From positions 7,580-71,579 of the forward strand of contig JAFALY010000008.1 of the NCBI GenBank assembly GCA_019233975.1: a stretch of 64,000 bases of DNA, read 5' to 3'. Numbering within the stretch: the first letter of the stretch is position 1; every line of letters starts with the position of its first letter. Made by a program: the position numbers and the translations under genes. Below the pieces are notes generated by a model. It made no database searches. It worked only from the letters and a program-made list of their open reading frames with translations, and was not told the origin of the DNA. This document shows positions 1 to 9,120 of this stretch, one piece after another. Origin of the DNA: Alphaproteobacteria bacterium. Its GTDB lineage: Bacteria; Pseudomonadota; Alphaproteobacteria; UBA9219.

Positions 1-71
1 TGCACACCAATCCGGCGATCGGGCAGATGGTGATGATCGTACAAACGCGCGGCAATACCGATAGCGATTAA
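1..71 (+). CDS. 3' end of an upstream gene, possibly a TcpQ/PilL-type pilus component (partial)
   Basis: Open frame ...HTNPAIGQMVMIVQTRGNTDSD* ends in TAA at 69-71, 6 nt before the secretin ORF. Identity is inferred only from position. Confidence 0.35.
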   Translation, partial: HTNPAIGQMVMIVQTRGNTDSD

Positions 72-77
72 GAAATA

Positions 78-1805
78 ATGGTCTGGAAGGAAGCGTCGAT
101 GATGATTGTTGAATGCGGTCAGGGTAAGGTGCAGAAGGCGCTTCGCCGCTTTGCCGCCCTGTCATTCGTTTCTGTGCTCGCCCTTTCGGGTTGTGTCGGC
201 GAGGCGATGGAAAAGAAAATCGACCAGCATGCCACCCAGGCGGAGGCTGGTCTGGATGCAGTCACGCATCCTGATGTTCCGTCCAAGCATTACAACCCAT
301 TGACTGTTTCCGACAAGGTTTGGACCGGCAGCACGGCCTTGCGCATGCATCGCGGCATGCCGCTGCCTGCGCGTTTTGAAACAGCGCATGGTGTCGCGCT
401 GGTGTCATCCGAACCCATGGCATTGGCTGATATTGTCGGCGCTCTGTCGCGCCAGACTGGCATTCCTATCCATGTAACAGATGCAGGCGTCAAGCCCAAC
501 AACAACCAGCCCAATGGTGGGCAGATCCCCATGTCGGTTGCTTATGAGGGCTCGCTTTCCGGATTGCTGGAACGCGTGGCGGGGCATTTTGGTGTCAACT
601 GGCATTTCGACGGATCGACTATTACGATCAACAAATTTGAAACGCGCGTCTTTACGGTCGAGGCCCTGCCGGGCACGCAGGCTGTGCAGGAAGGCATGCA
701 GGATGATAGCAGTGGTAGCGGCGGCTCTTCTTCTTCCGGTAGCAGCGGTGGCGGTGGTTCGCAAAACACTATCACGCAGAACTCCAAGTTCAGCATCGAT
801 ATTAAATATTGGGATGAACTGGGGCAGGTCCTGAACTCCATGCTGGGTGGCACGGGCTCGGTTGTCGTGTCGCCGTCACTCGGTACCGTGGCCGTGACAA
901 CATCGCCTGAAATCATGCACACGATCGCTGATTATCTGGCGCAGGAAAACCAACGTATCTCACGCCAGATCGCGATCAATGTCGAAATTTATACCGTCAG
1001 CCTGTCGAAGGGCATGAACTTCAGCACTGCGTTTAACACCGCGTTGCATGGCCTTATCACGATGAACGGCAACATATCCGGCATATCGGCCCCGGCCACG
1101 GCGAATACAGGCTTTACGGGCGGCGGCAATCTGTCGCTGGCCATTATCGATCCGCGTCGCTTTGGTTCGGTGACGGATGTCTTGTCGGCGCTTTCTGCAG
1201 TTGGCAACGCGGCCAAGGTTGCCAAGTTCCCGCTGATTACGCTGAACAACCGCCCCGTCTCGCGCCGCATTGGCACAGACACCAACTATGTCGCTTCCGC
1301 GACCAGCAATACGTCGGGTTCCGGCACCACCAGCACCTTCTCAGGCACCAGCCTGACGCCGGGCACTGTGCACGAAGGTTTCTCGGTGCAATTGACGCCG
1401 CGCCTTCTGGATGATGGTCGTATCTTGCTGCAATACTCACTTAGCATCGTTGATCTGCTGAAGCTGGATTCATTCAACAGTGTTTGCGGTAATACCGGCG
1501 ACTCGCTGACCTCCAGCTCATCATCCAACAGTTGCTCGACCGCGACATCCTCGCAGGGCAGTAGCACGGTGCAGTTGCCGAAGACATCGAACCGCATCTT
1601 TGTGCAACAGTCCGTGCTGAAGAGCGGGTCAACCCTGTTCATCGGCGGTATTGAAGAAGAAGATTTGGCGCAAAACTCACAGGGTGTCGGCAGTGCGGAT
1701 AACTTCCTGCTGGGCGGTGGTACGTCGACCAATGATGATCATGAGATGGTTTTCTTTGCGCTGACCCCTCAAGTTCTTGATGTGCCGCATTCGGAGAAGG
1801 AATAA
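78..1805 (+). CDS. pilN: Type IVb pilus outer-membrane secretin, PilN/BfpB/TcpC family lipoprotein
   Basis: Lipobox LSGC; Ser/Gly-rich linker; secretin motifs (VSPSLGTVAVT, QIAINVEIY, ITLNNRP, GFSVQLTPRL, LKSGSTLFIGG). The exact start is uncertain. Confidence 0.85.
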   Translation: MVWKEASMMIVECGQGKVQKALRRFAALSFVSVLALSGCVGEAMEKKIDQHATQAEAGLDAVTHPDVPSKHYNPLTVSDKVWTGSTALRMHRGMPLPARFETAHGVALVSSEPMALADIVGALSRQTGIPIHVTDAGVKPNNNQPNGGQIPMSVAYEGSLSGLLERVAGHFGVNWHFDGSTITINKFETRVFTVEALPGTQAVQEGMQDDSSGSGGSSSSGSSGGGGSQNTITQNSKFSIDIKYWDELGQVLNSMLGGTGSVVVSPSLGTVAVTTSPEIMHTIADYLAQENQRISRQIAINVEIYTVSLSKGMNFSTAFNTALHGLITMNGNISGISAPATANTGFTGGGNLSLAIIDPRRFGSVTDVLSALSAVGNAAKVAKFPLITLNNRPVSRRIGTDTNYVASATSNTSGSGTTSTFSGTSLTPGTVHEGFSVQLTPRLLDDGRILLQYSLSIVDLLKLDSFNSVCGNTGDSLTSSSSSNSCSTATSSQGSSTVQLPKTSNRIFVQQSVLKSGSTLFIGGIEEEDLAQNSQGVGSADNFLLGGGTSTNDDHEMVFFALTPQVLDVPHSEKE

Positions 1806-3067
1806 TGGCTGGTAGCGGCGTCGTTACCGTCGGCCGCCGCGCCTACGCCGTCGGCCTGTATTGGGAAAACAGCCCGGCCGGGCGTGTCAGTCTTGCCGCG
1901 AAAGAGGCCGCGCGCCAGCCGGGACAACAAGCCGAGTTTTTTGCCGTGCGTCCCGGTAATAAAGAAGGGCGCTTGCCGCAATTCGGTCTGGGGCAGGCCA
2001 GCGCAGGGCAAAAGGCCGGCATGCCGGCCTTTGCCGGATGTTTGGCGCAGCAACAGCAAGGCTCATGGGCTGGCGCATTCCGCCTGAAAGAAGGCGTTGT
2101 CGTTACAGTTGTGCGTGATGAGCTGATCGTCCCGGATGGCGACCAGATTTTCACGAGTGAAAACGAAGCGCGTGACCGCTTGCTGCAAGAAATCAGCTTT
2201 GGTGGACTGCAGCGCGTCTATGCACCTGAGTCATGGGGCATCCCCGGTGTTGATACAATGCCGGTTTCGTTGCTGCTGGATGAACGGCGTGATGTTCGTC
2301 TGCAATATGTCACGGTACCGCGTTCGACCTATATCATCGGCGGCATTGTTGCCACGTTGATTATCGGCGGCCTCGGCGTGAACTGGTACATACAGGCCGA
2401 AGAAGAAAAGAAGGCGGCCATGTTGGCGGCACAGGCTGAGGCTCGCCGCCGTGCTGCTGCCATGTTGCCCGGCGTTTTACAGCAACAGCCGGAATATCCG
2501 CCACCTGAGCGTAAGTGGGAAAAGCTGCCACCTGCGCTGAGCGTTGTTAATGCTTGTCATGACGCTCTGGCGCAAATCCCGGCTATTGTTGCGGGTTGGC
2601 GCATGACGTTGCTGAAATGTGACGGTAACTCCATCAATATTTCATGGGCACGTGAAAAAGGTCCGTCGCGTCCGCCGGAAGGCTCAACGGTCAATGAAGG
2701 GGCCACACAGGCATCTTTGTCTATACCACTCAATGCCTTAGAGCCCCGCGGCCCCGAACAGCTCATTGCTGCGGCGGAAGTGACCAAACGTTATTTATTG
2801 CAGGATTGGCAGACAAATCTTGTGCATGCGCAAGACGATCCGCTTCCGAAACCACCGCCGGGCTTTACGGGCGCATGGAATCCGCCGCCCGCCCCATGGG
2901 TTAAGCGTTCCTTTACGTTTTCTATCACACAATTGCCCGCAAGTCTTCCCTACTACTTCGATGGGCTGCCTGGGGTTATTGTTGAGACATTGACCTTTTC
3001 CCCGTCGAACAATGGTGTCAGCGGAAGCTGGTCGGTTCAAGGGGTTATCTATGAAAATCGTAACTAA
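1805..3067 (+). CDS. pilO: Type IVb pilus accessory protein PilO2
   Basis: N-terminus YAVGLYW...AKEAAR, VVRDELIVPDGDQIF, one central TM helix and a C-terminal GW..C motif. Overlaps the pilN stop (TAATG). Confidence 0.75.
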   Translation: MAGSGVVTVGRRAYAVGLYWENSPAGRVSLAAKEAARQPGQQAEFFAVRPGNKEGRLPQFGLGQASAGQKAGMPAFAGCLAQQQQGSWAGAFRLKEGVVVTVVRDELIVPDGDQIFTSENEARDRLLQEISFGGLQRVYAPESWGIPGVDTMPVSLLLDERRDVRLQYVTVPRSTYIIGGIVATLIIGGLGVNWYIQAEEEKKAAMLAAQAEARRRAAAMLPGVLQQQPEYPPPERKWEKLPPALSVVNACHDALAQIPAIVAGWRMTLLKCDGNSINISWAREKGPSRPPEGSTVNEGATQASLSIPLNALEPRGPEQLIAAAEVTKRYLLQDWQTNLVHAQDDPLPKPPPGFTGAWNPPPAPWVKRSFTFSITQLPASLPYYFDGLPGVIVETLTFSPSNNGVSGSWSVQGVIYENRN

Positions 3068-3776
3068 GCTGCGGCTACAAAAAATCGGGACTATGGTCAT
3101 GGCCGCGTGCGTCATGGGTCTGGCCTCTGGGTCTGTTGCCCGCGCTGCGGATAATGTCCCGCAATTACCGCCGCCGACAAACATCAATTTGCCCGAGCCA
3201 ACGCCAACTTTCACGCCGCCGGTGGTGGAAAATGGTGCGGGCGATAATAGATCAGTCGCCGCGCTTGAATCAAAAGTGACGGACTCGGTGAAGGGTGCCA
3301 TCAAGGGGCTGAGCAACCCGAATGCCCCGCTTAACCTGGATGATTTGAATGCTGCACGTCAGGCTGTAGCCAAACTGGATGCGTTGATTGATATTCAGAA
3401 GCGTTTGGCGGAACTGAACAAGCTGAAGGAAGATCAGGACCGGCACTCAACTTTGGCCGCCGCTATTCCCGCGAGCGCACTGACCCTGCCGCCGCCCAGC
3501 ATGCACGGTGCCGGACAGGATATTCCGGTTGTCCACCCCGTCATCCATTCCGTGCATGTTGACATTGTGCGTATTGTCGGCGCTTCAGGCCATTACGAAG
3601 CCGTTTTGCGCACGCCTGATGATAACAACAAGACGGTTCGCGTCGGCGACCGTCTGAGTGATGGTACGGAAGTGACGGCGATTGCTGCTGATTACGTTGA
3701 CCTGAAGTCGTCGACGGGTCAAAAGCATTTAAAGGTTCAAGGTGTCAGCAACGTCTACGGACATTCATCTTTATAA
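3051..3776 (+). CDS. pilP: Type IVb pilus biogenesis protein PilP-like
   Basis: Signal peptide, coiled coil, and a C-terminal domain VRIVGASGHYEAVL...TVRVGDRLSDGTEVTAI. Lies between pilO and the ATPase. Confidence 0.7.
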   Translation: MKIVTKLRLQKIGTMVMAACVMGLASGSVARAADNVPQLPPPTNINLPEPTPTFTPPVVENGAGDNRSVAALESKVTDSVKGAIKGLSNPNAPLNLDDLNAARQAVAKLDALIDIQKRLAELNKLKEDQDRHSTLAAAIPASALTLPPPSMHGAGQDIPVVHPVIHSVHVDIVRIVGASGHYEAVLRTPDDNNKTVRVGDRLSDGTEVTAIAADYVDLKSSTGQKHLKVQGVSNVYGHSSL

Positions 3777-3870
3777 TTCTTGTTACCGGCATTGGGGCCG
3801 GGGCTGTGACGATTATGCCAACCGCATGGTCAGACATTCTGACTGACCGATCCTTGCGCAGGAGAAAGTA

Positions 3871-5772
3871 GTGTTCGGTCTTTTTAAATCTGATGACAAG
3901 AAAAAGGATAAAGCCAAGCCTGCGCCACAAAATGTAAAAAAGCAGCCGGCCGCCGCCGTGCCTGCCGAGGCCAAGCCTGTTCCGCCGCCCGTCGTTGAAG
4001 AGAAGAAGGCTATGACGCAGGCGACACAGGCTGCCGCCAGCCAGACCGCGCAGGCGAGGCCGGAAAATATCATCAAGATCGAAGACGAACGCAGCCTGGC
4101 GATGGCCGGCGCTTCGCTGAACTTCTCGGGCGAAGTGCTGACGGCCATCAGCGGTAAACTGAAAATTCCCGATGAATCGCGCAATCTTTGCGCCTTGTTC
4201 GACAATGGCCTGTGGCTGGTCAGCGCGTCGCATCGTCGCTCGCCACTCGTGACATCTGTCGCGCTGATGGCAAAGCGTCAGGGGTATCAGGTTGATGAAC
4301 CGCGCTATGTTACGCCGAATATCATCAATCAGGCCTATATCTACGCCTCACGCAACACGGCAGCCGGGCAATTCGATGAAAACGCCATCCGCCGCAAGAT
4401 CGTACACCTGCTGGAAAGCGCGGTGGCGGCAGGGGCTAACGATATTCACATCGAAGCCGTCAACAACCAGACGCGCATAGAATTCCGCGTGGACGGCGCG
4501 TTGCGCGTTTGGGAAACATGGACCCAGCGTGAGGGTGAACAGGTTCTGTCCTCCATCTTCTCGCACTCCATTGGCCAATCGGGTTCAACCGCCAACTGGC
4601 AGGAACCGCAGGCGGCGATGTTGACATCGGACGCGCGGGGCCGCGATACGATCTCGTTGCCGAACGGCGTCATCAGCGTCCGCTGTCAGTGGGTGCCGTT
4701 GTCGAATGACGGGCGTTATCTCGATATGCGCCTGCAGTATGACTCCGCCTACCTGTTCGGCGAAAATTTTGTGATGGCCGACGTTGACTCGCTCGGCTTC
4801 TCTCAGGAACAGTTGCGCGTCATTCAAACGCTCCGTGCCCTGCCGGGCGGCATGCGTATTTTTACGGGTCCGGTTAACCAGGGTAAGACGACCACGCTGC
4901 GCGTGACGCTGAACCGCCGTATGGCGGAAACCATGATGCAGTTGAACTGTCTTTTGATCGAAGACCCGCCCGAAGGCGGCGTCATCGGCGCGCGCCAGAT
5001 CGGTGTGTCCGCGTCGGTCAAGGATGATCAGCGTGAAAAAACATTCGTTGAAATCATGCGCTGCGCCTTGCGCCTTGACCCGGATATCGTGATGCTGGGT
5101 GAAATCCGCGACTTGCAGACGGCAAAATTCGCTTTCCGCCTTGCGCTCACAGGGCGTCAGGTTTATACGACGGCGCACGTTTACTCGGCATTGGCGACAC
5201 CCAAGCGTCTCCGTGACATCGGTATTGAGCCTTATATGGTGTATGACCACCATCTGGTTCGCGGCATGATCTGTCAACGCCTGCTGCGTTGCGTTTGTCC
5301 GGATTGCCGTATCCCCATTGCCGACGCGGTGCGCGAACTCGGCCCGACTTATAACGAACTCGCGCGACGCGTGCGCACGGGGTTGGCCTTGATGGATGCG
5401 CGACGTAACAAGGCGTTTGCAAACATGTCGCCCTATGATCATTTGTCTGAACCGAACATGCAGTCGATCTATGTCGCTAATCCGCAAGGTTGCCCCAAAT
5501 GCTATAAGGGCCGCGTAGGCCGCACCATATGCGCCGAGGTTATCGAAACAGACGCGCAGTTGATGGGATTGCTGCAGGACAACCGGATGCAGGAAGCCGA
5601 AGATTACTGGCTGTCGCCGGTCGGCCTGAACGGCATTACCATGCTGTGGCACGGGTTGGAAAAAGTGCGTCGCGGCGATGTTTCGCCCAACGATGCCGAG
5701 TTTGAATTGGGCCTTTTCGCACGTGACCGTGAACTGATTGAAGTTGAAGAAAGATTGGGGGCTATGCTGTGA
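3871..5772 (+). CDS. pilQ: Pilus assembly ATPase, PilQ/GspE/PulE family
   Basis: ANDIHIE, FRVDG, Walker A GPVNQGKTT, IEDPPE, LRLDPDIVMLGEIRD, and zinc motifs CPDC/CPKC. Confidence 0.9.
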   Translation: MFGLFKSDDKKKDKAKPAPQNVKKQPAAAVPAEAKPVPPPVVEEKKAMTQATQAAASQTAQARPENIIKIEDERSLAMAGASLNFSGEVLTAISGKLKIPDESRNLCALFDNGLWLVSASHRRSPLVTSVALMAKRQGYQVDEPRYVTPNIINQAYIYASRNTAAGQFDENAIRRKIVHLLESAVAAGANDIHIEAVNNQTRIEFRVDGALRVWETWTQREGEQVLSSIFSHSIGQSGSTANWQEPQAAMLTSDARGRDTISLPNGVISVRCQWVPLSNDGRYLDMRLQYDSAYLFGENFVMADVDSLGFSQEQLRVIQTLRALPGGMRIFTGPVNQGKTTTLRVTLNRRMAETMMQLNCLLIEDPPEGGVIGARQIGVSASVKDDQREKTFVEIMRCALRLDPDIVMLGEIRDLQTAKFAFRLALTGRQVYTTAHVYSALATPKRLRDIGIEPYMVYDHHLVRGMICQRLLRCVCPDCRIPIADAVRELGPTYNELARRVRTGLALMDARRNKAFANMSPYDHLSEPNMQSIYVANPQGCPKCYKGRVGRTICAEVIETDAQLMGLLQDNRMQEAEDYWLSPVGLNGITMLWHGLEKVRRGDVSPNDAEFELGLFARDRELIEVEERLGAML

Positions 5773-6872
5773 GCGATAGCTTTAACCTTGACGAACTGGA
5801 ACGCAAATTTACGAAGTATCAGTTCAGTTCGAATCCCAAACACCGTTTTCGCGTGTACCGTAAGCTGGAAGGTATGTTGCGTATGAACGAAGCGTTGTCG
5901 CGCGCGCTTGACCGTCTGTATCAGAACGCATCGGAAATGGGCAAGCATCCGCGCCGGCCGCAGGCGGTGGCACTTAGGGATTGGTTTCTGAAAGACCGTT
6001 CGGGTATCAGCCTCTCCGAGGCGATGGAGGGGTGGATACCGACCGGCGAATTATACATGATCCGCGCGGGTGAAGAGTCGGGTACACTTGCAAAGGCGCT
6101 GCGCTCCATTCAAACGGTCGGCGACAAGGCGCGCGCCATGCGCAACGCGATTATGCATGCGGTGGGCTACCCTGCCTTTATGCTCGTGCTCGTGTCCTTC
6201 GTGCTTTATATGTTCGGCGTGCAGTTGATCGACAACATGCGCAAAGCGGCGCCAAAGAATGTCGTCGCAGCCATGGGCGATGTCGTCACCATGTCGGATT
6301 TTATCCGTAATTACGGGCTGTATGTCGTTGTCTTCGTTCTGGCGTCCATTTTTGTGATTTCAGCCAGCCTGCCTGTCTGGCGCGGCCCTTTGCGCTCTAA
6401 ATTCGATATGTTCCCGCCCTGGTCATGGTATCGCATTCTGCAAGGCAGCGGCTTTTTGCTGGGCCTGTCCGCGCTGTTGGGCGCACAAGTCCCCTTGAAA
6501 CGCTCGCTTGAGATTTTAGAAGAGCAAGGCAATCCGTGGATACGCGAACGCATCGCCAGTGCGCGTCAGGAAGTTCTGCGCGGCAAGAATTTGGGCGAAG
6601 CGCTGCGTACGGGCCGCTATAATTTTCCGGACCCCACGGTTGCCATCGATCTGGAGATTTTGTCGGAACGCGCGGACGTTGGTTCGGTGATTGAACAGGT
6701 CACCGAAGAATGGATGCGTGAACAGATTGACACGCTGAACGCGCAGGCGGTGGTGGCGCGCAATATAGGCCTTGCTGTTGTCGCTGGCGTTATCACATGG
6801 ACCATGATGTCAATTTTCAATGTCGTGACAGAACTGACAAAGACCGGGTCCAATAACCTGCATAATTTCTAA
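5769..6872 (+). CDS. pilR: Inner-membrane platform protein, PilR/GspF family
   Basis: LSEAMEGW, IRAGEESGTL, YP followed by TM helices, and PPWSWYR. Overlaps the ATPase stop. Confidence 0.85.
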   Translation: MSDSFNLDELERKFTKYQFSSNPKHRFRVYRKLEGMLRMNEALSRALDRLYQNASEMGKHPRRPQAVALRDWFLKDRSGISLSEAMEGWIPTGELYMIRAGEESGTLAKALRSIQTVGDKARAMRNAIMHAVGYPAFMLVLVSFVLYMFGVQLIDNMRKAAPKNVVAAMGDVVTMSDFIRNYGLYVVVFVLASIFVISASLPVWRGPLRSKFDMFPPWSWYRILQGSGFLLGLSALLGAQVPLKRSLEILEEQGNPWIRERIASARQEVLRGKNLGEALRTGRYNFPDPTVAIDLEILSERADVGSVIEQVTEEWMREQIDTLNAQAVVARNIGLAVVAGVITWTMMSIFNVVTELTKTGSNNLHNF

Positions 6873-6894
6873 CAAACTTTGTGGTGGACGTATC

Positions 6895-7572
6895 GTGGTT
6901 CGTATGGCCTTGCATCACCTAACGTTACGCCGGGCGCGGCGCGGGTTCACACTGACGGAAATCGCCATCGTTCTTTTGGCGGTCGGCGGCATCTTGTCAG
7001 CCATCTGGGTGGTGGGTGGTCGCGTGTGGGAAAACTACCGCGTCAATCGTACCCTGCAGGAAACAGTTTCCGTTATCGGTAACATACGCGATGCGAATAC
7101 CGGCCGTTATTCATGGGCGGCGGCAACGGATATGACGCAGACACTGGACGGGCAAAGCATATTCCCAACGGAAATGGAGCGCACGCCCACGAATGTTGGC
7201 AACACGGCCATTGACCATGCTCTGAACGGCAGTTTTGGCGGCGGCGTGTCGCCCAACTGGGGCTCATTCCATGTGTTGTCTATCGCTAACCCGTTACTGG
7301 GTGGCAATGTGTACAATGTGTTTCGCATATCCCTGCGCGGTCTTGCGGCTTCGGCCTGCGCAAAAATCCTGATGCAATTGCCACTTTCCGATGCACAAAT
7401 GGGTATTGTACAGATTGGCGTAACGGCAACGGGCACGAATTCGTCGATCATCAAAAACGGTGTGGCGACGGCGGGCGGTGTTACGCCTATGTTGCCGACC
7501 ACGGCGGAATCATGGTGCGCCTCCACAACCAGTACGAATGAGGTCGATCTTGACGTTAAGCTGCACAACTAA
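6895..7572 (+). CDS. Prepilin 1 (PilS-like minor pilin)
   Basis: RRARRG|FTLTEIAIVLL prepilin cleavage motif with E5; C-terminal Cys pair. Confidence 0.8.
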   Translation: MVRMALHHLTLRRARRGFTLTEIAIVLLAVGGILSAIWVVGGRVWENYRVNRTLQETVSVIGNIRDANTGRYSWAAATDMTQTLDGQSIFPTEMERTPTNVGNTAIDHALNGSFGGGVSPNWGSFHVLSIANPLLGGNVYNVFRISLRGLAASACAKILMQLPLSDAQMGIVQIGVTATGTNSSIIKNGVATAGGVTPMLPTTAESWCASTTSTNEVDLDVKLHN

Positions 7573-8251
7573 GCGAGCGCGCCGGGTAGGGGCGGGATTT
7601 AGCGTCACAGAGCTGGCCGTTGTGCTGGCCGTCAGTGGTATTTTGATGGGTGGCATCTGGGTTATGGTGCGTTCGGTCTGGGAATATTACGAGCGCCAGC
7701 ACGCAGTCGAAGAAGTCGCCAATATCGTCGCGAATGTGCGAAGCTATTACACGGGGCAGATCGGCATCCCTCATTCCGGCGACGCAACGACCACATCAAA
7801 CCTTATTAAAATGGGAATCATTCCGGGATCGGTACAACGATCCAATACTGGCACCTGTACAAATCCCAGTAACCTTTGTGCGGATACGCCGTGGGGTGAA
7901 GTTCACAATGGCGCCATTGACGCAGGCGGAACCTTGCGCGTTTGTGACTGGGTCATGGGCACATCAACCGCTTGCCCAACGGCGGCCAGTGGTGGCACTG
8001 CGGGGCCGTTTTTTGCCGTTGCCTTACGCGGGTTAACAACTGGCGCCTGCATTTCGGTGGCGCAGAAAATCGCCACGACGGCGGGGGCAACTGGCCTTGT
8101 TGAGGTTAACATTAACGGTACCAATCTTGTCCAGTCCGGCAAAGGCATTAACCCGATGGCCGCAGCAGACGCGAACACAAACTGTATCGCCACTGCATCT
8201 GGCGCGGCCATCGTCACATTTGTTTTTCGCCTGACGCAGGCATCCTATTAA
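7550..8251 (+). CDS. Prepilin 2 (PilS-like minor pilin, Cys-rich)
   Basis: GAG|FSVTELAVVL motif, TPWG, and several Cys pairs. TTG start at 7550 follows GAGGT; ATG at 7538 is an alternative. Confidence 0.8.
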   Translation: MTLSCTTKRARRVGAGFSVTELAVVLAVSGILMGGIWVMVRSVWEYYERQHAVEEVANIVANVRSYYTGQIGIPHSGDATTTSNLIKMGIIPGSVQRSNTGTCTNPSNLCADTPWGEVHNGAIDAGGTLRVCDWVMGTSTACPTAASGGTAGPFFAVALRGLTTGACISVAQKIATTAGATGLVEVNINGTNLVQSGKGINPMAAADANTNCIATASGAAIVTFVFRLTQASY

Positions 8252-8286
8252 AAATCACTAGAGTGTGACTTAAAATCCCGAATATG

Positions 8287-8301
8287 TTTACGTGGTATTA
8301 A
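8287..8301 (+). promoter_or_regulatory. CtrA-like box TTTA-N7-TTAA upstream of pilin 3
   Basis: TTTA-cgtggta-TTAA has one mismatch to the TTAA-N7-TTAA consensus and lies in the intergenic gap before pilin 3. Confidence 0.55.
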
Positions 8302-8359
8302 GGATTGGGCTGCCAATCTACGCTTACTGATCCCACCTCCCGCCGTCATGGAGTATGAC

Positions 8360-9025
8360 ATGATTCATTTTTCAAAGAACCGCCTTGTTCGTTCGTCGGA
8401 ACAAGCCAAACGCGGCTTTACACTGACAGAAATTGCGATCGTCCTGGGCGTTATCGGCCTTATCCTTGGATCGATCTGGGTTGCCGCCGCGGCCGTTTAT
8501 AACAACATGCGCGTTTCAACTGCGACACGTGGTTTGCTGGCCATTACACAGGCGGTTCGCTCGCTCTATGCAACATCGTCGACGGTCAGCACGAACGCCG
8601 ACATGACAACCATTCCGTTTACAACGGTTGCTGCCGGTGCGCAGACAACCTACCCGCAGTCGGGTGTGTTTGATGCGGACATGGTCATTGCTGCTGGCGG
8701 TAATTACAGCGTTCAAGGTCCGTGGACCAATGGTTCGGTGAATATCGTTGCTGCCAAGTCCCTGGCTACTGCCGACTCATTCGCCATTGAATTCGACAAC
8801 GTGCCACAAGCCGCCTGTATCCAGATGCTGATTAGCGTTACCGGTACGGCGCGTGACCCGGGCCTTTATGCGGTTCAAGCCGGTGCGGCTGGCGCTTTGG
8901 TCATCGCTGCCGGTGGTAACGCCACAGGTACGCAGACGGCCTTCCCGCTGGACGCGGCAACGGCGCGTGGTCAATGCGCCAACGCTCTGAACAACGTTGC
9001 CTTCCAGTTCAAGCTGAAGGGCTAA
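8360..9025 (+). CDS. pilS: Prepilin 3, probable major pilin (PilS-like)
   Basis: AKRG|FTLTEIAIVLGVIG; GPWTNGSV and FDNVPQAACIQM (PilS-like); GGAG RBS; own upstream gap and a downstream terminator. Confidence 0.75.
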   Translation: MIHFSKNRLVRSSEQAKRGFTLTEIAIVLGVIGLILGSIWVAAAAVYNNMRVSTATRGLLAITQAVRSLYATSSTVSTNADMTTIPFTTVAAGAQTTYPQSGVFDADMVIAAGGNYSVQGPWTNGSVNIVAAKSLATADSFAIEFDNVPQAACIQMLISVTGTARDPGLYAVQAGAAGALVIAAGGNATGTQTAFPLDAATARGQCANALNNVAFQFKLKG

Positions 9026-9068
9026 GGGACAGCAGATCAGTTGACGTCCTCGTGACGTCACAAAGAAT

Positions 9069-9100
9069 AAAGGCGGGAAACATTGTTTCCTGCCTTTTTT
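9069..9100. terminator. Intrinsic terminator, probably bidirectional (pilin/lysS)
   Basis: Stem AAAGGCGGGAAAC-att-GTTTCCTGCCTTT followed by a T run, between convergent genes. Confidence 0.8.
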
Positions 9101-9120
9101 ATTGGGTATTTGGGGGCCGC

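Noticed and set aside
700-765. Ser/Gly low-complexity tract in the secretin
   Set aside because: This is a normal disordered linker in PilN/MshL-type secretins.
4585-5652. Long antisense ORFs (this 355-aa one; also 12836-14098, 15393-16409, 20138-21085, 30421-31413 and 62679-63866)
   Set aside because: They are shadow frames opposite well-supported genes in GC-rich DNA, with no recognisable motifs.
6895-9120. Possible shufflon or pilin-cassette recombination system
   Set aside because: No rci recombinase, pilV, inverted cassettes or repeated crossover sites were seen, and each pilin is a full gene.
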